Assembly (NCBI GenBank): GCA_001179505.1
Contig: CDMY01001029.1
Span: forward strand, 1 to 5,777
DNA: 5,777 nt
Source: Vitrella brassicaformis CCMP3155
Lineage: Eukaryota > Protista > Chromerida
Reading direction: 5' to 3'
Below, piece after piece: positions 1 through 5,777 of the stretch (the first letter of the stretch is position 1; the number at the start of each line of letters is the position of its first letter). The notes below the pieces were generated by a model. That model was not told where the DNA came from. It did no database searches and saw only the letters and a list, made by a program, of their open reading frames with translations. The translations under genes were made by a program, and so were the position numbers.

Positions 1-220
1 CGACGAATGGCGGCATTGTTCGTTTCTGAGAGAGGTGAGGCGACCCGCACGTCGGTAGGGAGCTCGCGATGAGGTGGGCGTGATGGTGGCGCTTGCGGAG
101 CCCACCACAGACAACGTGAGGAGAAATTCTCCTCACATCGTGATTTGCGAGCTCTTGGTAAGTTTCGTCAGCAGCTACAGTAGATGCCAAAACGCGGCGC
201 TCTGAGATCTGCTCGAGAAA

Positions 221-810
221 TTGCTCGAGAGGCGAAAGCCGTTTACATCCGCGGAGGGAGCCATCGGCGGCGGGAAGAAGAACAACAAGAAGCGTGCCAC
301 TGTGCCCATGCCCGCCAATAACAAGTGCTGCATCGCTGCGACGTCACAGACGAACATCGGTGGATGCACCAGCGGCGTCCACACGCGTAACAAGGTCTCT
401 CATTCCTGCCACAAGCGGGTGTGCAAGATGCACAGCAGTGCGGTCGAGTACGATGGGTTCAACGAGGTGGTCCAGATCATCCTCAATGTGGCCAAACGCA
501 TGGGTATGCTGTCGGAGCACAACTTCATCTGCCTCAACTGCATCAGACTCGCACTCATTCAAGTGAGATGGAGGATGATCACATGGATGGATGAGCGGGC
601 GGGTATCTGTGGTGTGGTGTGGATGTGTGGTGTGTGGGTCAGGTGTTGAAGACCAGATGCGAGAACAACGCCGACAAGGGCCTCTGCGAGAAGTGCACCA
701 ACCAAGAGCTGGTGGCCCAGTACCACACCAACGTCAACAACACAGGAGTCAACAACAACGCCAACAACGCACGCGCCAACAATGCAGCGGCTGCCATGCA
801 ATTGGGCTGA
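221..810 (+). CDS. Gene A: spliced hypothetical Cys/His-rich zinc-finger protein with Asn/Ala-rich tail; exons <=308-562 and 643-810; true start unresolved
   Basis: Frame 221-562 joins frame 643-810 at phase 0 through GT(563)..AG(642), giving ...NFICLNCIRLALIQ|VLKTRCENNADKGLCEKCTNQ...NNAAAAMQLG*(TGA 808-810). Third positions are strongly G/C. First in-frame ATG is at 308. The frame is open back to a TGA at 203-205. A possible upstream exon is ATG83-157 with a GTAAGT donor at 158. Confidence 0.72.
563..642 (+). other. Spliceosomal intron of gene A (80 nt, phase 0)
   Basis: CAA|GTGAGA donor, TG/GGAT-rich low-complexity interior and GGGTCAG|GTG acceptor. Removal fuses two codon-biased frames. 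Confidence 0.8.
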
Positions 811-828
811 GCAGTTTGCGTGTAGCTT

Positions 829-858
829 GAGAGAGGAGAGAGAGGGAGAGGAGAGAGA
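829..858 (+). repeat. Imperfect (GA)n polypurine microsatellite just downstream of the gene A stop
   Basis: gagagaggagagagagggagaggagagaga read directly from the sequence. Confidence 0.85.
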
Positions 859-1050
859 AACGTTCGCACGGGGACACACACTGATCAAACAGGGACAGAG
901 GGGCAGGCACACATCACACAGGGGTCACACAGGGTTGCATTCACGTGGTTTTTGAAGTGTCATTTTTGATGTTTGTTGAATCCATCTGTGTATATGCCCG
1001 TGTACATAGTTTGTTTGTTTCGTCGCATACATACGTGTCAACTGTGTATA

Positions 1051-1109
1051 TACACACATAAACAGACGCCATGTATGTACACACATAAACAGACGCCATG
1101 CATATACAC
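1051..1109. repeat. 27-bp tandem duplication
   Basis: tacacacataaacagacgccatgtatg (1051-1077) is followed by tacacacataaacagacgccatgcata (1078-1104) and a partial third start, tacac. Confidence 0.9.
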
Positions 1110-1199
1110 CGGTGTACGCATTCCTCGTCTATACCTCAAAACTGACGGGAAAAAGTGACGCATTCGTGCTATGTACTGTACACACACGCATTCACACGG

Positions 1200-1268
1200 T
1201 CATCTACACACGCACACGCACATGCATGTGTCCTCACGCTCATCTACACACGCACACGCACATGCATG
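1200..1268. repeat. 40-bp-period tandem duplication, CA/CG alternating
   Basis: tcatctacacacgcacacgcacatgcatg occurs at 1200 and 1240. Confidence 0.9.
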
Positions 1269-1426
1269 CGTCAACTGACACACCAACTACGTCTACGCGG
1301 CTCGATACACCCACCGCACACACATGCCCTCGTTTATTACTGGTTGTTTAGGTCGATATGGTTGTTGGTGTTGGTGCTGGGCGGGGGCATGGGTGGGAAG
1401 ATGTCCGCCATGGTGAGGCGACGGCG

Positions 1427-1555
1427 GCAGAAAGGGCAACCTTTGCGGCGGTTGTTGAAGCGGGTGTTCCACGCACAGCTACGGCACAGCTGGTGCTTGC
1501 AGCACGATGTGGTCACGACGACGTCCTGTGGGTGGCTGTCTGTGCAGATCGGACA
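1427..1555 (-). other. C3HC4 RING-finger coding segment of gene B
   Basis: CPIC-x14-C-K-H-QL-C-RS-C-x12-CPFC matches the canonical C-x2-C-x(9-39)-C-x(1-3)-H-x(2-3)-C-x2-C-x(4-48)-C-x2-C RING spacing. Confidence 0.88.
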
Positions 1556-1599
1556 CTCGACCTGCGCGTTGTTGGATGCGGGTGTGTTGCTGGGTGCGG

Positions 1600-1700
1600 G
1601 CGTGTTGGTGCTGCTGGGTGCGAGCGTGTTGGTGAGGGCGGGTACGGCGTGTTGGTGAGGGCGGGTACGGGAGTGTTGGTGAGGGCGGGCGTGTTGGTGA
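1600..1700 (-). repeat. Coding tandem repeat (PALTNT[PV] / PAPSxT; 18-24 nt units) in gene B, containing a 1-nt deletion
   Basis: On the + strand gtgttggtgagggcggg recurs 3 times (1626, 1649, 1673). One unit has gggtacgggagtg and the next has gggtacggcgtg, 1 nt shorter, which shifts the frame. Confidence 0.85.
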
Positions 1701-1757
1701 TGCTGGTGGTGCCGTCCGTCAGCATCCTGCCCGTGTCAGCATCCATCATCGACACAT

Positions 1758-1821
1758 CTGATCACATACACAAGAAGCAGTGATGAGTCCGTGTGCGTCC
1801 GTGTGTGTGCATCGTGCTGAC
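1758..1821 (-). other. Gene B intron 3 (64 nt, phase 1)
   Basis: Minus strand G|GTCAGC donor, CA-rich interior and TGTGATCAG acceptor. An alternative acceptor at 1727 cannot be excluded. Confidence 0.6.
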
Positions 1822-1916
1822 CATCCAGTACATGCTCGCGGACGCTCTCTTCGTAGGGGGAGAAATGGCACACGCCCTTCTCGTAATATATTCTCGCACC
1901 AACGCACGTACAGGAA

Positions 1917-1975
1917 CTGAAACACAACACACATGCAGTGCAGGGAGAGATAGATGTCTGTGCTGTCCTTCTTAC
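1917..1975 (-). other. Gene B intron 2 (59 nt, phase 0)
   Basis: Minus strand GCC|GTAAGA donor and TGTGTGTTGTGTTTCAG acceptor. It sits at the same protein position as the gene A intron. Confidence 0.75.
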
Positions 1976-2095
1976 GGCTTCGATGTGGTCGAATCCGCAC
2001 ACGAAACACGTGAAGTTGCCCGTCTGCCCGTGCAGGTTGCGAATGCGGGTAAGGAACTCTTTCGTGATGTCACACGGACCAGCAGGAACGTACGA

Positions 2096-2172
2096 CTGAA
2101 ACGCTTGAGCACACACAGACATCCACACATCACAATATACACAGGTATGCATCGCGTCCTCTTGCTTCTGAC
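2096..2172 (-). other. Gene B intron 1 (77 nt, phase 0)
   Basis: Minus strand AAG|GTCAGA donor, TG-rich interior and TTTCAG acceptor. Removal joins ORF 1972-2379 to ORF 1736-2272 in frame. Confidence 0.72.
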
Positions 2173-2519
2173 CTTGTGGTCTCTGTGCTGACCGCAGAAC
2201 ACCTCCCCGCAGTACTTGCACCAACGCACCTTGCCTTCCTGCACCTCTTTGCCGCACCCAAACCACCCACACACCCGCGGCTCCTTCTTGCCCGTCCAGA
2301 AGTTGACGGTCTGCTCAGGCTTGGCCGAAAACCGCGTCTTGAGCTCCTCCAGCCCCTTGAGGATGATGTCGCTGAGCACCTTCTCCTTGAGGATCGTGAA
2401 TGTGAGGGGTCAGATGCGGGGAAGGTCGAAACGAAGGTGCTTGAAGGCCTCGATGGTCAGGGTGCGGTTGTCGAGCTTGGCAAAGAGCTTGGCCGTCTGC
2501 CATGGGTCTGTGGTGGTGA

Positions 2520-2576
2520 CTGAAAGCATTGGTGCGATGAATGAATGGAAACCACATCAGCTTGTTTTACGCTTAC
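2520..2576 (-). other. Probable upstream intron of gene B (acceptor at 2520; candidate donor at 2576, 57 nt)
   Basis: Minus strand TTCATTCATCGCACCAATGCTTTCAG acceptor directly before the codon-biased frame, with G|GTAAGC 57 nt upstream. The upstream exon is not identifiable. Confidence 0.5.
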
Positions 2577-2598
2577 CCTACCCTGCGCACGTGCATGC

Positions 2599-2919
2599 GC
2601 AGGGGTGCGCACGCAGACATTCATGATATACACACACTCCAAGTCCACCCGCAGGTGTGCGCACAGAGACATTCATCATATGCACGCACTCCAAGTCCAC
2701 ATGCGCAGGGGTGCGCACAGAGACATTCATAATATCCACACACTTTACACACTTCAAGTCCACCCGCAGGTGTGCGCACAGAGACATTCATCATATACAC
2801 GCACTCCAAGTCCACACGTGCATGGGCAGGTGTGCGCACACAGACATTCACCTATACACACACTCCAAATCCACCCGCAGGTGTGTGCACAGAGACATTC
2901 ATCATATACACGCACTCCA
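2599..2919. repeat. Minisatellite, 6 degenerate units (starts 2599, 2651, 2705, 2766, 2826, 2877; lengths 52, 54, 61, 60, 51, 43 partial)
   Basis: Consensus gcaggtgtgcgcacagagacattcatcatatacacgcactccaagtccac(cc), aligned by eye. Length variation is mostly in the unit tail. Confidence 0.93.
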
Positions 2920-3220
2920 TATACTCGAATTTCAACATGCCCCCAATGATTGAGTCGGTTATTTCTCGGCTGTTTCTCCTCCTTTTCGGATGAGGGAGCG
3001 TGTATCGGACTACACCCAACCCCCCCCAGCGACCCTCATCCCGCGATACGGCGGCGGGCCCCCCTGTTGCGCATGCAACGCGAAAGGGACGTCTGCGCTG
3101 TCCACATGCAGCCGAAAGTGTGACTGCCGGAAGCACAAGCGCCTCTGCACTAACTGTGTCAACTGCAAGCGCGGCACGTGCACAAATTTCACGTAGCCCG
3201 CGGACCCGGCCGTTTGCCAT

Positions 3221-3234
3221 GATGATGATGATGA
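3221..3234 (+). repeat. (GAT)n microsatellite encoding poly-Asp in the retroelement N-terminal linker
   Basis: cat gat gat gat gat gaa = HDDDDE in the frame of ATG 2990, after the TAG at 3194. Confidence 0.75.
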
Positions 3235-4815
3235 ATCGGATGCCGTCTCCGCCTCTGCTAGCCCGTCGTGCCCTCCACGGCTTCCTTTGTCGATGAGAAG
3301 ATGCGCGAGGCCTTCGGCGAGCCCCTCGTCAACTCCGCCAGTGGATCGACTTTCCCTGAGTGGGAGGCATATCACGACCGGGTCTGCCAGCTTCGACTGC
3401 GGTGCGTGAAGGATCTCAGCAAGCTTGGCAACCTTAGCCGCGCCATCGCCGAGGCCATCGCTGATGAGGTGGAGAAGATCTCCAAGCTCGAGGCACCGTC
3501 CGAGCGGGTTGGCGTCTTCGTCCGCACACTCATCCAGCGAGATCCGGATGTCAAGAGGAAGCGCGATGTCAAGCGGATGCTCTGGAGGCGGCTGGAGATG
3601 TGGCAGAATGGGCAGGTGGAGGAGCTCGTGTGCGAGGCGGAGCGATTGGACCAGCAGTTCCTCACCACTCAGCCTCAGCTGGACGACGCGTCGGTCTATC
3701 GCATCTTCAACAAGCTCATGCTCGAGGGCAAGGTCCGCGCGGCCGTCCGCTTCGTCACCGAGAGGGGCGGCGAGGGGATACTCCACCCATCCGCTCAGGC
3801 CGACAGGCGCCCCCCGGGGGTCACGGTGCTCGATGTCCTTCGCAAGAAGCACCCACCACAGCAGCAGCCGTACGAGGAAGCCTTCCTTCCGTGTGACGAC
3901 CTTCCTCCCCTCATTGACGTGGACATCACGGACTCGACCGTGGAGCGAGCGGCATGGTGCCTCAGTGGCAGCGCCGGATCGACCGGTGGCGATGCGAACT
4001 TCTGGCAGACCTTCCTCCTTCGATACGGTGCCAAGAGCGGCCGCCTCCGCGCGGCTGTGGCCTCGCTCGTCTCTATCCTGGCCAACACCATCGTCTCATA
4101 GGACACCATCAAGGCCCTGCAAGCGTGCCACCTCATCGCTCTCGACAAATGCCCGGGCGTCCGCCCCATCGGCGTCGGGGAGGTGCTCTCTCGGCTGGCT
4201 GGCAAGTGCATGGCCATGGTGACCCGCTCTGACCTGGAGACGACCTGCGGCACTGATCAGCTGTGCATCGGTGTGAAGGGGGGCCTCGAGGGGGCTGTGC
4301 ACATGGTGAATGACCTCTTCCAAGAGGACGAGACCGAGGGGCTCCTGCTGGTGGACGCGAGCAACACCTTCCATCGCACCAGTCGGCCTGCTGCCATCTG
4401 GAACACCCGCGTGCTGTGGCCTCGCTGCTCTCGCTATGTGTTCAACACCTACCGAGGGTTCGCCGCACTTCACCTGCAAGGCTCAGCCGGCTGTCTGTGG
4501 AGCTGTGAAGGCGTCACACAGGGCGATTCGATGGCGATGTTCGTCTACGCCTGCGGCAGCCTTCCCCTCATCCATGCCCTGCGGGCTGCCTGCGCTGAGG
4601 AGGGATATGAGATGCCGTCGAGTGGGGTATGAGATGAGTTAGGCAGCAATGGGTCTGGGTCAGACACGGACGAGAACGAAAATGCGCCATCAGAAGCGCA
4701 AGAGAAGCCAGAAGAAGCTAGTGACACGCCACCAGAAGCAGAGGGGGATGGTGCGGGTGTATGTGTGCGTTCTGATGTAGAAGGTGTTGGAGTTGGTGAG
4801 GAGAAGAGAGAGAGT

Positions 4816-4842
4816 TCGTCGGCCTCGTCGGCCTCGTCGGCC
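4816..4842 (+). repeat. 9-bp tandem repeat (tcgtcggcc)x3 encoding SSA x3 within the RT insertion
   Basis: tcgtcggcc tcgtcggcc tcgtcggcc read directly from the sequence. Confidence 0.85.
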
Positions 4843-5777
4843 TCTTCATCTAGCGCTTCGCTGCGGCAGTGCTGGTATGCAGATGACTTATCGGCGCTCG
4901 GCAAACTTCACGGCATACTCGTGTGGTTTCGAGCCCTGCGTCGAATCGGTCCCTCATACGGCTATCACCCGGAGGCCGCCAAGTCCTTCCTCATCGTCAA
5001 ACCCGAGCTCGAGCAGATCGCAAGGGAGCTCTTCGAGCTCGAGGCGAAGAGCTCGAGGGGGTGCAGATCGTCACGGGCAAGAGGTTCCTGGGCGGCTACG
5101 TGGGCGATGAGGGGGGGAGGGCGGCGTTCCTCGGCGAGAAGGTCGAGAGGTGGGTACATGGCGTGCGCGCGCTTGCGTCTGCTACCCGCAACTTCTCGCA
5201 CACGGCCCACGCGGCAATGACGAGGTCTCTGCAGATGGAGTGGGACTACGTCTTTCATGTCTTGCTCGCCGACGAGTGCGCTCTCAGCCCCCTCTGCGAG
5301 GCCATCGCCAAGCAGCTGCTGCCGGCCCTCCTCGGCGGCCCTGTGATGCCGTCCGAAATAGAGCTGATGCTGCTGCCTGCCCGCTTTGGCGGCACCGACA
5401 TACGTGACCCTCTCGACCGTGCCGCAGCCGCCTACCCCGCTTCCCGCGCGAGCACCAAGGTGGTCTCCAAGTCCGTCCAAGGCAAGGCTCCCTTCCACCC
5501 TGGCGACCATCGTGCCACCATCCGCCACGCCCTCACCAAGAGCAAGCAGCAGCAGGACGTCGCCCACAAAACCATGAGGGAGGCCGCCCTGCCGCACATC
5601 GACCGCCGGCGCCATCGCGTCCTCTCCCACACCGCCAAATACAAGACGTCCGGCTGGCTGACCATCCTCCCGTCGACAGACAACAACACTGGTCTTGATG
5701 CTGCGGAGTTTCGAGATGCCCTCAACATGCGATACGGCCGTCACCCCCCTGGCCTCGCTGCACGCTGCGATCACTGC

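Larger units (their letters stand above)
1337..2519 (-). pseudogene. Gene B: disabled multi-exon gene encoding a Cys/His zinc-finger region, a Pro/Thr/Asn repeat linker and a C-terminal C3HC4 RING finger (putative E3 ligase). Exons 2519-2173, 2095-1976, 1916-1822, 1757-1337
   Basis: Manual minus-strand translation with GT-AG introns: ...TTTDPWQTAKLFAKLDNRTLTIEAFKHLRFDLPRI*PLTFTILKEKVLSDIILKGLEELKTRFSAKPEQTVNFWTGKKEPRVCGWFGCGKEVQEGKVRWCKYCGEVFCGQHRDHK|SYVPAGPCDITKEFLTRIRNLHGQTGNFTCFVCGFDHIEA|FLYVRWCEN(fs)YYEKGVCHFSPYEESVREHVLD|DVSMMDADTGRMLTDGTTSITNTPALTNTPVPALTNT(fs)PALTNTLAPSSTNTPAPSNTPASNNAQVECPICTDSHPQDVVVTTSCCKHQLCRSCAWNTRFNNRRKGCPFCRRRLTMADIFPPMPPPSTNTNNHIDLNNQ**. Lesions: TGA at 2410-2412, +1 nt near 1884-1892, -1 nt near 1646-1647. 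Tandem TAA TAA at 1339-1334. No ATG found before the zinc finger. Confidence 0.75.
2990..5777 (+). mobile_element. Decayed non-LTR retrotransposon, CRE-clade-like (single ORF, RT followed by zinc knuckle; RLE endonuclease expected beyond the window); 3' end outside the window, 5' boundary somewhere in 2920-2990 or including the array
   Basis: Motifs read from the sequence: KLMLEGKVRAAVRF, VLDVLRKKHP, LSGSAGSTG (RT0), LIALDKCPGVRPIGVGEVLSRL (RT1-2), DQLCIGVKGGLEGAVH, LLLVDASNTF (RT3), GVTQGDSMAM (RT4), QCWYADD (RT5, 4867-4887), GPSYGYHPEAAKS (RT6), RFLGGYVG (RT7), LPARFGG, SGWLTILP...EFRDALNMRYG...RCDHC at the window end. Clade assignment comes from recalled similarity to CRE-type elements, not from a database search. 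Confidence 0.88.
2990..5777 (+). pseudogene. Disrupted reverse transcriptase polyprotein ORF of the retrotransposon
   Basis: ATG 2990. TAG 3194-3196. -1 frameshift at about 3262-3264. TAG 4099-4101, where Trp is expected before DTIKAL. TGA 4630-4632. Frameshift at 5035-5058. The frame from 5049 (EELEGVQIVTGKRFLGG...) is open to the window end and is missing from the ORF track. Confidence 0.85.

Noticed and set aside
1333-1338. AATAAA polyadenylation signal for gene B (minus strand)
   Set aside because: It overlaps the tandem TAA TAA stop codons, so it is explained by them, and use of AATAAA in this host is unknown.
1155-1783. Plus-strand ORFs 1155-1658 and 1358-1783
   Set aside because: They are antisense to the RING/linker exon or run through CA repeats, giving low-complexity Val/Gly or His/Thr translations.
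2599-2919. CRISPR array
   Set aside because: Units are similar along almost their whole length with only 2-10 nt variable tails. There are no unique spacers or cas genes, and the context is eukaryotic with introns.
2457-2993. Cluster of overlapping ORFs on both strands over the array
   Set aside because: They are by-products of a stop-poor tandem repeat. Unit lengths are mostly not multiples of 3, so no frame is preserved.
3010-3852. 280-aa minus-strand ORF
   Set aside because: It is the in-register antisense shadow of the GC3-biased RT frame and has no recognisable motifs.
3425-4222. 265-aa plus-strand alternative-frame ORF
   Set aside because: The Arg/Ser/Pro-rich composition is typical of an off-frame reading of GC-rich coding DNA.
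2410-4632. Stop-codon reassignment, readthrough or selenocysteine explaining the in-frame TAG/TGA codons
   Set aside because: Both TAG and TGA occur, frameshifts accompany them in the same ORFs, and gene A appears to terminate at TGA. Mutational decay is the simpler explanation.
4606-4636. tatgagatg direct repeat (4606 and 4628) as a target-site duplication of a nested insertion
   Set aside because: The copies are only 22 nt apart and do not flank the insert. No matching repeat was found at the insert's 3' end.
4965-5774. 269-aa minus-strand ORF
   Set aside because: It is the antisense shadow of the retroelement C-terminal frame.
2990-5777. Group II intron, retron, DGR, telomerase or LTR/Penelope element
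   Set aside because: The domain order (Cys cluster, RT with GPSYGY and RFLGG, then WLTILP/FRDAL..RYG and a zinc knuckle) fits RLE-type non-LTR elements. No protease, integrase, GIY-YIG or maturase features are visible.

Overview
Eukaryotic, GC-rich genomic window with short (57-80 nt) GT-AG introns and CA/GT-rich non-coding DNA. The style resembles a protist such as the chromerid Vitrella, but that is only a low-confidence inference. Left half: two convergent, intron-containing Cys/His-rich genes. Gene A (+, about 221/308-810) looks intact in the part that can be modelled, though its 5' end is unresolved. Gene B (-, 1337-2519) is disabled by an in-frame TGA and two frameshifts and ends in a C3HC4 RING finger that the ORF track does not show. 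After manual splicing, A and B share the same Cys/His scaffold, a CENxx[DE]KGxC motif and a phase-0 intron at the same position, so they appear to be diverged paralogues of a zinc-finger family I do not recognise. Middle: a 6-unit, 43-61 bp minisatellite (2599-2919) with palindromic cores. Right half: a decayed single-ORF non-LTR retrotransposon of CRE-clade type (2990 to past the window end). It has an N-terminal Cys cluster, RT domains 0-7 and the start of the C-terminal zinc knuckle, and carries 3 nonsense codons and 2 frameshifts. It also has an unusual in-frame acidic/Ser-rich insertion of about 85-90 codons between the RT QGD and YADD motifs. The nonsense codons and many inferred missense changes are C>T/G>A transitions. 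No rRNA, tRNA or CRISPR array is supported.
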